A stretch of 63,045 nucleotides of DNA, filler included, from Octopus bimaculoides (taxonomy: Eukaryota), in the NCBI RefSeq assembly GCF_001194135.2. It is 7 parts of 7 records of this genome, joined end to end, with 100 filler letters (N's around TTAATTAATTAA, not from the genome) between each part and the next. Parts side by side here need not be neighbours in the genome. Positions count along the whole stretch, not along the records: positions 39,445 to 60,549 come from NC_069005.1; positions 60,650 to 63,045 come from NC_068988.1; 5 more parts are not named here. One strand, given 5' to 3'. The translations under genes were made by a program, and so were the position numbers. Below the pieces are notes generated by a model. That model made no database searches, was not told the origin of the DNA, and was given only the letters and a program-made list of their open reading frames with translations. Position 1 is the first letter of the stretch. Each line of letters begins with the position of its first letter. This document shows, piece by piece, positions 51,841 to 63,045 of this stretch.

Positions 51841-52039
51841 CATTCCACCACCACCACTACTAAGGTTATCATGCAATTCAAAAATAAAAAAAAGAAGTAC
51901 CTCCATTGAAGAGGTGTCAGGCTGATTTTGTGCAAAACATTTTGGTGACCATAAACAAACGTCAACTGATTTGGAGAAGAAAAAGAAATGAAATATAGAC
52001 AAACAACAACTGGTGAATGCATTTATAGGCTTTATTAAA

Positions 52040-52255
52040 AATGATTTCAAATTTTGGCACGAGGGTAGCAATTTCAGGGGAGGGGTAACTTGAATACATT
52101 GACCCCAGTACTCAACTGGTACTTGTTTTATCGACCTTGAAAGAATGAAACGCAAAGTCAACCTTGGCAGAATTTGAACTCAGAACATAACGGCAGATGA
52201 AATGTCAGTAAGCATGTAGTCCGACATGTAACCTGATTCTGCGAGTTCACCAACT
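52040..52255 (-). mobile_element. SINE family B
   Basis: aatttcaggggagggg...gaatttgaactcagaacataacggcagatgaaat. Confidence 0.85.
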
Positions 52256-52498
52256 TAGGCTTATTCATAATGACTCTTCCTAGATATAACATGCGTGTGT
52301 GTGTGTGTGTGCATGCATGTGTGCATGCATGTGTGCTTGTGTGAGTGTGTGCGCGCACGTGTGTGTGTGTATCTATACACACTCACAAACAGCTTTTGTG
52401 TGTGTGTGTGTGTGTGTGCGCGTGTGCGTGTGTGCACGTGTATGTGTGTGTGCACGTGTAATTATACACACTCACAAACACAAATACACACACAAACT

Positions 52499-52531
<33 letters not shown>

Positions 52532-52890
52532 ACACACACACACACAAGCTGTAAACAGAGTATAATGCAGATCCATAAAAATCCATATTCTTGTAGGTTT
52601 TAGACAATGAGAACTGTACAAACTAATGGATACAGTCATAAAACTTGAATGTCTTGCCATTATATCTCTTTCATCTCACTTATGGTATTGTGTATTCAAA
52701 ACAAGAAAAAAACCTTCTGAGGCCTGATAAGTTATTTACACATGCGCACGCACGCACACAAACACACACACACACACACTGCTATGCAATAACTTCAAAT
52801 TTAGACTATGGAAGATTGGGGCATAAAAAAAATTCCTCATTATCTCTTTCTACTTAGAAGAAATGAAAGACCTTAGATCAAATGAATTAA

Positions 52891-53006
52891 CCCTTTAGCA
52901 ATCAACATCATTGAAATCTTGAAGCTACTTGACAATGCATTATTAATTCAAACCAATTTCAATAAATAAGCATGATGTTTGACTGAGTAATCTGAATGCT
53001 AAAGGG
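52891..53006. mobile_element. piggyBac-type MITE
   Basis: TTAA-ccctttagca...tgctaaaggg-TTAA. Confidence 0.8.
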
Positions 53007-53034
53007 TTAATAATTGCTCACAATTATTAGCATT

Positions 53035-53419
53035 TCTTTTAGCTTTATGTCTGGGGTTCAAATTCCGTAAATGTTGGACATTGCATTTCATCCGTTTGGA
53101 GTTGATAAAATAAGCACCAGCGTCAAGATAATCTACAAGTTCTTTCCCCCAAAATTTCAAGCTTTGTGCCTATAGAACAATAGATTATTCAGAATGTAGT
53201 GACAGGTAAAATACCATTAAGCATTTCATTAGCACGCTGGACAAAATGCTAAATGGTATTTCGCCCCTCGCTATGTTCTGACTTCAAGTTCTGCTGAGGT
53301 CGACTTTGCCTTTCATCCTTTCATAGTCAATAAATTAAGTACCAGTGAAACACTGGGGTCGATGTAATTGACTATCCCCTTCCCCCAAAATTTCAGGCCT
53401 TGTGCCTATAGTAGAATGG

Positions 53420-53468
<49 letters not shown>
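53035..53468 (+). mobile_element. Two tandem SINE family B copies, the second ending in (ATT)n
   Basis: 53035-53190 and 53230-53468; both end gtgcctatag(a/t)a. Confidence 0.8.
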
Positions 53469-53470
<2 letters not shown>

Positions 53471-54085
53471 GACGTTGCAGAGTTTACAATATAGTGAAGT
53501 TGTTGATTGAAGATATTGTATCCACCAGGGGTTTGTACGGTTTGTCAAGTCACAACAAGGACCTCAGACTGACAGTACTTTACACACTAGGCATGCAGTT
53601 CCAAGTAATGCCGACTTTTGCAATACATCTAGATTGTAGGGTATTTCTAAGGTTTTCAGATGTTTTTTTCAGATTGGGTGGTATTGAACCCAATGTTCTG
53701 ATGACAAAAGGGATAACCTTTGTGTTTGACTCATGTAGCTGTCACATCTTAGCGATCTCAATTCTCAGGTCTCCATATTTATGAACCCTTTTCTCTTTCT
53801 TTCATGATGATATGTTGATCTCCTGGCACTGCCACATCAATTATTGGGCACTCTTGTTTGCCCCTCTTAAAGGTTACTATATCCAGCCTTCGGTGCTCTA
53901 ACACCTTGTCTGTCTGGAAGTCAAAGTCTCAGAGGATTTTTGCCTTTCCCTTTTCATCCATTACCTTTTCCAGTGTATGTTGGCACCAAGCACCCGTAAC
54001 CTCATATCCATACTTACAGCATAGTAACCAGTGGAGGTTTTGGGCTACTTTGTTGTGTCTAGCAGTGCATGCAACCAAAGTGACA
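53469..54085 (-). mobile_element. Dong/R4-type LINE 3' fragment ending in (TAA)n
   Basis: RHNKVAQNLHW...KIL*DFDFQTDKVLEHRRLDIV..IIDVAVPGD..LQKSALLGTA, short UTR, then (TAA)n. Confidence 0.9.
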
Positions 54086-54425
54086 TATATGAAGCCCAGC
54101 ATACCCATCATGACTATCTGTCTGATAAACTTACATCAGGCACATACATCACAACCACATGTGCGTGACATGGTGATCTCATATCAAGATAAACAGCGCA
54201 TGACCTTGCAGCTGGGGCCCAATTAGAATTTTCTTCAGGTTGAGAAGCTCATCCTACTCAAAAGGTCCCTGAATAAGGGTTGTTTAAGGATGTTGAATGA
54301 AACACCCGTGTTTCCAGAGATTAATTATTCAAACTCCAAAAGTTCCTCTCAACACATGGCTGTGATGCTCCCCCCACTACTGCTCATGATCAGAGATGCA
54401 CATATCACCAGTGACCAAAGGATAT

Positions 54426-54767
54426 ATTGTTGGCACTCCGTCGCTTACGACGTCAAGGGTTCCAGTCGATCCGATCAACGGAACAGCCTGCTTGTGAAAT
54501 TAACGTGCAAGTGGCTGAGCACTCCACAGACACGTGTACCGTTAACGTAGTTCTCGGGGATATTCAGCATGACACAGTGTGACAAGGCTGACCCTTTGAA
54601 TTACAGGCACAGCAGAAACAGGAAGTGAGAGTGAGAGAAAGCTGTGGTGAAAGAGTACAGCAGGGTTCGTCACCATCCCCTGCCAGAGCCTTGTGGACTT
54701 TAGGTGTTTTCGCTCAATAAACACTCACAACGCCCGGTCTGGAAATCAAAACCGCAATCCTATGACC
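54426..54767 (-). mobile_element. SINE family C
   Basis: Reverse complement of 18190-18558; head lost in the gap. Confidence 0.9.
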
Positions 54768-55039
54768 NNNNNNNNNNNNNNNNNNNNNNNNNNNNNNNNN
54801 NNNNNNNNNNNNNNNNNNNNNNNNNNNNNNNNNNNNNNNNNNNNNNNNNNNNNNNNNNNNNNNNNNNNNNNNNNNNNNNNNNNNNNNNNNNNNNNNNNNN
54901 NNNNNNNNNNNNNNNNNNNNNNNNNNNNNNNNNNNNNNNNNNNNNNNNNNNNNNNNNNNNNNNNNNNNNNNNNNNNNNNNNNNNNNNNNNNNNNNNNNNN
55001 NNNNNNNNNNNNNNNNNNNNNNNNNNNNNNNNNNNNNNA

Positions 55040-55080
55040 AAGCATTTTGCCTGGTGTGCTAACAATTCTGCCAGCTCACC

Positions 55081-55154
<74 letters not shown>

Positions 55155-55390
55155 CCTTTCTAGTATAGGCACAAGGCCGGAAATTTGGGGGAGGGGGCTA
55201 GTCAATTACATTTGACCCCAGTGTTTCACTGGTAATTAATTTATTGACCCTGAAAGGATGAAAGGCAAAGTCAACCTCAGCAGAATTTGAACATTCCATA
55301 GCCATGCCCCAGCATGGCCACAGTCTAATGACTGAAACAAGTAAAAGATAAAATAAAAGATAAAATAAAAGATAAAATAAAAGATAAAGA
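55040..55390. mobile_element. SINE B pieces (minus) around (TAA)n, then a SINE A tail with an 11-bp aaagataaaat tandem
   Basis: 55040-55082 SINE B head; 55155-55295 SINE B tail; 55300-55390 cccagcatggccacagtc...(aaagataaaat)n. Confidence 0.75.
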
Positions 55391-56120
55391 AAACAAAAAG
55401 CTTAACAAACAAGAAAAGTTATTTGTTTTTTTTTCTTCTTTATCACATAACACAATATTTGAAATATATGTGGGAGTGGTTATCTCTGTTTTTATCATAG
55501 TACCACACAAAATGCGGTTATTTACCTTATTGGGAACATTATACAACTGTTACTGGCTATGATAAAAGCATTTAGATTTTGTTTTGCTTGTACTTGCAAT
55601 GTTTCCAGCATTGCTTTTAGTGATTATTGTGGTGTTGGTGGTAACTTACATGTCTGGGGGAGAAGAATGTAGTCACTGTAGTGATGGTTGTGGTGGTGGC
55701 AGCAGCGGCGATGGTGGCGGTGGCCTTGGTGGTGGTGGTGGTGGTGGTGGTGGTAGCACTGTTGGTTGTTATGTAGCTATTTCCTATTTTCCATTACATT
55801 TCAGACTGATTCAGTGCTGAGTTGCTGAAGTAGAAGTATCATTATGGCAAATATTCTGCTCAAAACCCCAGATTTACTTGTCAGTTGCTTGACTGCAACC
55901 ACTTGAACATGTCCCTTAGTGGCTGACAATTTGTGCATCTCTGATGATGAGCAGGAGTAGTGGGAGAGCATCATTGCCACGTGCTGAGAGGAATTGTTTG
56001 AGGTTTGAATAGATGTAACAAAAGCAAAGTTTGAAGGAAATATTAGCCATTTTTCATACTTTCTAGGGGTAAGCAAATACGAAATAACAGTTGCTACCAA
56101 AGGACAAAAATCACATTGCA

Positions 56121-56696
56121 CAAGGGGTTCTCAACCATTTTTTATCTATGGACCCCTTTGATTGCTATTTTATTCTGGTGGACCCCCATAGCCATTTGAT
56201 GTTTAAAAACTAGTTTTATAGATACGTCTTTCAAAATTCCTATTTTGTTTTTCACACATTAACTTGTGTAGATTGAACTATGCAAAATATTAGAGAAAAA
56301 AACAACTTAGCTGTTTCTTGCAAAACATACCAATACATACATCTAAAGTGAAATTTTTTCAGGGGACCTTAAAATACTATTATCAATCCCCAATTCACTA
56401 TTCTTATTTCTTTACTGCCCACAAGGGGTTACACACAGAGGGGACAAACAAAGACAAACAAACGGATTAAGTCGATTATATCGACCCCAGTGCGTAACTG
56501 GTACATATTTAATCGACCCCGAAAGGAAAGGCAAAATTGACCACGGTGGAATTTGAACTCAGAACGTAGCGGCAGACGAAATACCACTATGCATTTCACC
56601 CGGCGTGCTAACGTTTCTGCCAGCTCGTCACCTTATATCTACTATTCTGTTGTATGGACCCTAAGGGGCCATATAAACCCTGGTTGAGAACTACTA
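56121..56696. mobile_element. hAT-like MITE with a nested SINE B (56401-56632, minus)
   Basis: TIRs caaggggttctcaacc / ggttgagaactacta; the SINE is flanked by actattct on both sides (probable TSD). Confidence 0.75.
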
Positions 56697-56919
56697 CTCT
56701 AGATCAATCCTGATCAAGTCAGTTTATGACCAAAGGCATCCAACTATGACCATTCTGTCTTTTCAGCAGTATATATATATATTGAAATACAATGTCTAAT
56801 GAGCCCATACTTTCTTTTAAAACTATGGGCTGAGATCTGGATCTGAGAGAGATTTTGCTGCTATTTTTAGCAGCTTGAGTGACTACATAGAAGCCCCCCC
56901 CCCATTACAGAGTGTTAGA

Positions 56920-57800
56920 AAAGTAGTAGCAGTGGTGGTGATTGTTGTAGTGGTTGTGTTGGAAGCTGTTTGGTTGTAGTTGTGTAGTTATTGTTGAAGT
57001 GGTGGTGATGGTGAGAGTTGTGGTACCAGTTGTGCTACAGGTTGATGTTGTGGTGTTGAAGTAGTTGTGTTGGAAAATATTGTTGTAGTGGTTGTGGTGG
57101 TGGTGGGGGGGGCATGGGTGGTAGTAGTTACTGTACTAGTTGTGCTGGAGATTGTTGTTGTTGTGGTGGTGGTGAGGTGGTAGTACTTGCTGTAGTAGTT
57201 GTGTTGGAGGTTATTGTTGTGGTGGCAGTAATACTAATAGTGATGGTGGTGGTGGTGGTGGGTGTTATTTTAGTGTTAGAGATTGTTGTTGTTTTCATGG
57301 AGGTGGTGGTGTCAGTGGAGGCAGCAGTGGCAGCAATGATAGCAGTAGTGGAGGTGGAGGCAGCAAAAGTGGTGGTGGTGGAGGTAGTGATAGTGGTGGT
57401 GGTGATGGTGGTGGTGGTGGTGGTNNNNNNNNNNNNNNNNNNNNNNNNNNNNNNNNNNNNNNNNNNNNNNNNNNNNNNNNNNNNNNNNNNNNNNNNNNNN
57501 NNNNNNNNNNNNNNNNNNNNNNNNNNNNNNNNNNNNNNNNNNNNNNNNNNNNNNNNNNNNNNNNNNNNNNNNNNNNNNNNNNNNNNNNNNNNNNNNNNNN
57601 NNNNNNNNNNNNNNNNNNNNNNNNNNNNNNNNNNNNNNNNNNNNNNNNNNNNNNNNNNNNNNNNNNNNNNNNNNNNNNNNNNNNNNNNNNNNNNNNNNNN
57701 NNNNNNNNNNNNNNNNNNNNNNNNNNNNNNNNNNNNNNNNNNGCGACAGCAGTGGTGGTGGCAGCGACAGTGATGGAGGTGGTGGTAGTGGTGGTGACCA
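56920..57800. repeat. GTG/GTT/GTA cryptic simple repeat with a gap
   Basis: Thr/Pro-rich or Val-rich pseudo-ORFs; recurring gtagttgtgttgga unit. Confidence 0.8.
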
Positions 57801-57890
57801 AAGAAAAGTTGGAACACAAAAAGCTGAAGATTGAGTATGGTGAGATTGAAACAGACAGTATAGAGATAAGCACAAACATAGACAGATAAA

Positions 57891-57928
<38 letters not shown>

Positions 57929-58074
57929 GCAGACAGACAGACAGACAGAAACAGAGACAGACAGGTAGAGGTAGAGGTCGAGAAAGCTTGAGCATTAGAA
58001 AAGTAGAGTAGATACTGATGGATAGACAAAGAAGATATGTGTGTATAGATTCACTTGTATACATATCAACTTAC

Positions 58075-58150
58075 CTTCATGCTTAGAGATATACAAGTAT
58101 ACCCATGTCATAAAAAGGACAACAGATTTATTAATCAATGGTATGTCCAT
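58075..58150 (-). CDS. Candidate first coding exon, signal-peptide-like (unassigned)
   Basis: ATG...MDIPLINKSVVLFMTWVYLYISKHE, then AG|GTAAGT phase-1 donor; in-frame stop directly upstream. Confidence 0.25.
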
Positions 58151-58324
58151 TCAAAACATTGGTGGGATCATGGAGAAATTTCTTAATTTACCTAAAGGCT
58201 TTTCTCTTTGTATTCAACAGTAAAGTATTAGCTATAATTTGTATCTATGACAGTGTATGTGGTCCAATGGTATGTAAGCAGACAGTTACTTGTGCCATAA
58301 AAATATGATGGCTTCTGTGCATGT

Positions 58325-58510
58325 AACATTTTTTCATAGTCCATGGGCAGGTATGGCTGCATGCTTAAGAAATTTGTTTGACTGTCACATGGTTTTGGGT
58401 TCTGTCTTATTATGTGGCACATTAGGCAAGTGTCTTCTACTAATGCTTCACATCAACAAATGCATTATGAGTGAATTTGGTTGATGGAAACTTTAAGAAA
58501 CCCATTGTAT
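58325..58510 (+). mobile_element. SINE family A 5' half, CpG-decayed
   Basis: gcaggtatggctg...tgtggcacattaggcaagtgtcttctac...gatggaaactttaagaaacccattg. Confidence 0.7.
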
Positions 58511-58779
58511 ATGTGTATGTATTTATGTATGTATGTTTGTATGTATGTTTGTATGTATGTGTGTGTGTGTGTATGTATATATGTTCATATGTATGTATGT
58601 ACATATGTATGTATGAGCATATATACATAGAGAGGGGGAGTAATTATGCGGATAAACAAATTAAATATAACAGTTTTGGTTTGATATTCAAAATATATAT
58701 ACATGTATGCATGTAAACAGAAAGAAAGCAAAGACTGAAGATTTTCAGACGATGAATATTTAAGTATAAATATATAGAT

Positions 58780-59960
58780 ATCTATATGTATAGATCAAAC
58801 TTACATAGAGTTGAAACGATATAGAAAATTAAAAGGGAGGAGGTAAGGTGTTACAAGTCCAACAGCTGTTTCTGGGGGCTCAGAGATCCATCAAAATATG
58901 CATTCAGTAATGGAAGCAAACGAACATTGAATAAATCAAACCTCTGTTATCAGGGTAGAAAAAAATTTTACATTTCAGATCAGGATGCAGACAAGTTTAA
59001 TGATGGAAAGATTAAATGTGGAGAGCAAGCAGTATTGGAAGGGGGAGACATGGTGGGGAATGTTGAAGCAGGGAAGGATGGAAGGAGATAAGGGAGTCAG
59101 TTGAGGAAGATGGATGGGACTTAACAATCAGGGTAGTGAGAAAGGTAGGAAAAGAGGTGGAGAGGTAGGAGATGAGTGGTAGGGGTGGGAGGGGTAGTAA
59201 TTGAAGAGTGGTCAGTTGGTGTTAGGTTTGTGAATAGATGTCAAAATTTAGGGATAATGGCTATAGGACTATGGGAGTTGAGACAGTGAGAAAAGGGGTG
59301 GCAATTATTAGAGGGAGGGAAATGATCAAATTCATGAATGTCTATAGGGTGGCTAAGGGGCAATTCAAAGGAAGAAGTTAGGTTGGCAACAGAGGGAGAT
59401 TACTAAGGTATGTAGAAAGGTATGAGAGAAAATAGAGGGCGGTGGACAGAGTGGGAGTGAATTGGTAGCCAAGGCAACTGTAGTTAGGGCTAAATGGTTT
59501 AGGATGGAGTGGGGAATCAAATAATGAAGGTGGGTTGGCAGTGGAGGTGGAGTGCTGAGGTATGTAGAAGTGTATGAAAGTAAAAAAAAGGGAGGTAGTT
59601 AGAGAGGGAGGGAAGGGTGGATAGGTTGTATCAGGACAATTCCCTCTGATGACAACTACCTCCTAGGACAATTACCCCCCTTGGTTAATTACCCCTCTCC
59701 AATATATTAAGAAGTTTTAAATCATCATCTGTTGTCCTCAGAGGTAATTGTCCTTCGGGGGTTATTGTCCATGGGGGGGGGGGTAAATGTCCTAGACTCA
59801 GATAGATTGGTAGCTAAGGCAGAGGGGTGGTTGTAAGTGGTTTTGGTTGAAGAGGAGATAGAAAATGGCGAAAGAATACATGGTGAGGGGGTGGGATGGT
59901 TGTAAGCAGGGTTGAATGTGCTGAGTAAGAGGAATATACAAAGGTAATCATAAGAAGGAA
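58780..59960. mobile_element. GA-rich repeat, probably a Penelope-like terminal region (related tracts at 20480-20810 and 34190-34700)
   Basis: Purine-rich strand plus a decayed hammerhead-like motif at 58858-58956; no ORF. Confidence 0.4.
59633..59793. mobile_element. Fold-back MITE with repeated ggacaatt / aattgtcc subterminal motifs
   Basis: aggacaattccc, aggacaattacccc on the left; ggtaattgtcc, gttattgtcc, aaatgtcct on the right. Confidence 0.65.
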
Positions 59961-60079
59961 TAATTTAGTAGAAAGAATGATATTAGTAAGTTGCTAGTGT
60001 GGATAAGCTTTACCTTAAGATTAATTAAGGATAATCATAGTTAGGAGATTACATAGATTTAACAAAATGAGCAAATGAT

Positions 60080-60410
60080 GAATAGTTCCTGTGTTTGCAA
60101 GAGAGTATTACACTTCTCAGTCCAACATCAGTGTGTCAAGGTCCAGGATGCATCCTAGGCCAGTGTCTGTGATCAAGTTGTTGATGTAAGTGTGTTTTTC
60201 TCCATGAAGTGGGTTCCACAAGGCTAATTCCTATGCCCTCAATTCAGGGTGATGCACATAATGACCAGATAGTTGCAGTTGTCATTGCCTGATCTTCTTG
60301 GTAACATTCAGCAGGTTTTCATAAAGGCGTTTGTTTGTTGGATATTGTTGTCGTTTCACATTTAGGGTCATTTGTATCACCCTTGTGTAGTAGCCATCTT
60401 ACCCATTTGA
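60080..60410 (-). mobile_element. Non-LTR retrotransposon RT C-terminal fragment (RTE/RTEX-like)
   Basis: GYYTRVIQMTLNV...TNKRLYENL..VTKKIRQ*QLQLSGHYVHH..LALWNPLHG..YINNLITDTG. Confidence 0.7.
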
Positions 60411-60479
60411 TAATTCCTTTGTCAGTGTCCATGTTTCACTGCTCTATAACAGCACTGATAAGACAGTTGCAATGAACAG

Positions 60480-60526
<47 letters not shown>

Positions 60527-61123
60527 GGAGGAGGAGGAGGAGGAGGAGGNNNNNNNNNNNNNNNNNNNNNNNNNNNNNNNNNNNNNNNNNNNNTTAATTA
60601 ATTAANNNNNNNNNNNNNNNNNNNNNNNNNNNNNNNNNNNNNNNNNNNNGGTGGTGGTGGTGGTGGTTTGCCAGCCAGCAAAATGTAGCATCTCATGAAA
60701 TTCAAATCACCGCTAACAAGCAGTGAACTGGCCTGACAAAACGAACTCGATGCAGATGTGGCCGGAGATTAAGCTTTATCGAATCAATCAATCAAGGCAA
60801 AACTTTCGAAACAAAAGACAAAAAAAACAAAAACACAAACAAAACAAATGCATAGAAAGAGGGAATCAAAAGCAATAACAACAGCAACAACAGCAACAAC
60901 TACTGTGGACAAATGAAAAGAAATCGCCAAAAACATCGAAAAAAATAAGAATAATATCTAAAATCTGTTAGATCCAGACACACAGAAATATACATATATA
61001 CATATAAAACATATACATAAAAAATATATTCATTCATTCATGCACACATATTGGTATAGAAGTCATGAAAATACTTTCATAGTCTCATCTTCTGGATGAA
61101 GTGGTGTTGGTGCGTATTGCTGC

Positions 61124-61193
<70 letters not shown>

Positions 61194-61419
61194 TGTAAGT
61201 ATGTATGCACGTTAGTATGCTCCCTGTTTTTAATTATTTAAATTCTTCTTTTGAGGCAGGAGCTCTATTGCTGGAATGTGGGTAACCAAAACAATGTTAC
61301 ATTCTAATCCTGAGAAAAGTCTTCCGTGTTTTTACTGTTCCACTCACAGATTGAATTTGCGAATGTGCGAATCAGTTGGCTGATTTCTTTTTCTAATAAT
61401 GTTTGCCTCTCAAACCCTC

Positions 61420-61696
61420 TTTGATGGGGCCAAAGAGATGATAGTCCAGTGACGAGGAAGGGAAAATTGTAGTGAAGAAGTGGCTCAAAGAACAGTCAAC
61501 AGAATTTTACGGGGCAGAGATACATGCTCTCATTCGAAGGTGGAACATTGCTATTGAGAGAAACGGTGACTATGTTGAGAAGTAGGAATGTGATCCACAG
61601 AGGACCAGCTTCATTTTGATGTATGATACCTGTTCCTGTGTTGGTAATTATACCTGTCCTAAACAAAATGGCATCACTTTTTGACTTACCTTCGTA
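61420..61696 (+). mobile_element. Mariner 3' end (transposase C-terminus plus TIR)
   Basis: SDEEGKIVVKKWLKEQSTEFYGAEIHALIRRWNIAIERNGDYVEK*; TIR ...ttttgacttaccttcgta, then (CATA)n. Confidence 0.9.
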
Positions 61697-61722
61697 CATA
61701 CATACATACATACATACATACA

Positions 61723-61753
<31 letters not shown>

Positions 61754-63045
61754 GTGGATGTAGATGTGATTTTGAGTCCCTGTGTATTAATATTAACCGA
61801 AATAGGAGGACGGTGAATGCTGCAATATGTACAAACATTGAAAACAATAGAACAGGAGAGAAAGCAATATGGCGAGAAGAACATTCTTACGTGGAAGAAA
61901 AAAAAGAAACTAACTGAAAACATTAAATAATGAGAGAAACAATGTCAGTCATGCAACACACCTAATGAACTGATTAGCTTTAAAATAACATCGCTTTGCT
62001 GACGATTTTATATCTTCTTTGATTTCATGTAATTGCATTTCGTTTTAGCCACAGGTGGACCTTTCGTCAACTAGGAAATTGAAAACACTGGACACCGGCA
62101 AAGAAAAGACCACACAAATACACAAGACTACAAAGACTAACGACTTGTCTGCTTTTGTTTTTTGTTTCTGTTTTTTGTTTGGTTTTTTTCTTGTTTCATC
62201 TTTAAAAATATGAGCAATTCATGTGCAAACTGAAATTAAATCAGAAAATACAGAATTGTTATATAGTAAGCAAGTTCGTTCGTTCGTTTAGCAACAGAAT
62301 TTCCTTTAGCAGTTTATATATATGATTTTATTGCTTTCTGTTTAAAGCCTTTTTTCTTACATATTCGTTTATTGTACGACGATAATTTTGAACGAAAAAA
62401 ATCACCCTTAATTGTTTGTCGTAAACAATAAATAGCAGTGAACTACGCTATTGAATGACGATAAAGTTGTTTGGCTTCCAAAGAAATCGTTGTAATTTCC
62501 ATGTTAGCCATCACGGTTGAAATAGCAGCAAAAGAACCCTTTATGGACTTCCTATAGGTTGTAATGGAACAGGAGGAAATCTAGTTGATGCGTGATGTAA
62601 AAGTTGCGGGGTAACTGCTTCTATAAAAATCCCATCACTGAACTTCAAAGGATTCACTGTAGTCCTGTGTGAAAGTCGCCTGGTTATAAAAACAAGGGAG
62701 CGTGAATAACAATCTACCTTTGCAAAATGATATGTAATTATACGTGTGCATTGTAAGTGTGTGTGTGCGTGTGAGCGTGCGATTGTATGTGTATTCGCCT
62801 GAAGTGATATTAAACACATTCAAGCATTCACACAGACACACAGACACACAGACACACCGACGTACAGACATGCTCATACACAAATACACACAAAACATGC
62901 ACACATTCATTTATATGCGTACTTCCGTCTTTGGGCATGATGCGTGAACGTATAAATTTCTTTAAATACATTCGTAGATTTTTACATTCAAGCATACACA
63001 CACACACATATATGTATGTATGTATGCATGTATGTATGTATATAT

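Noticed and set aside
55650-55653. 4-nt microexon pattern (ttcttctcccccag-ACAT-gtaagt, minus strand)
   Set aside because: No context or conservation evidence; likely coincidental.
1-63045. CRISPR arrays, operons, rRNA, phage or NUMT sequence
   Set aside because: No regularly spaced repeat-spacer array, no dense prokaryotic ORFs, no rRNA or mitochondrial motifs. The AT-rich block at 35.7 kb translates as a PLE, not mitochondrial DNA.

Overview
AT-rich eukaryotic DNA saturated with microsatellites. The SINE, RTE, Penelope and mariner repertoire looks like that of an octopod cephalopod; this is my inference and the species is unverified. No complete protein-coding gene, rRNA, true tRNA or CRISPR array is supported. 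Nearly all tracked ORFs are microsatellite or gap artefacts; the real coding signal is decayed transposons: mariner, R4/Dong (RLE clade), RTE, L1/Tx1, CR1-like and Penelope-like. Six artificial joins (44N-TTAATTAATTAA-44N) split the window, so long-range adjacency is uncertain. Highlights: (1) two minimal type I hammerhead ribozyme folds, one at the 3' end of a tRNA-headed SINE-like element, plus decayed relatives; (2) microsatellite-associated R4/Dong elements and a non-autonomous TAA-flanked partner; (3) a CpG-depleted domain at about 27-60 kb, downstream of a promoter-like island at about 23.1-23.6 kb, suggesting a methylated gene body whose exons I can only tentatively propose; (4) several fold-back structures that could form dsRNA.
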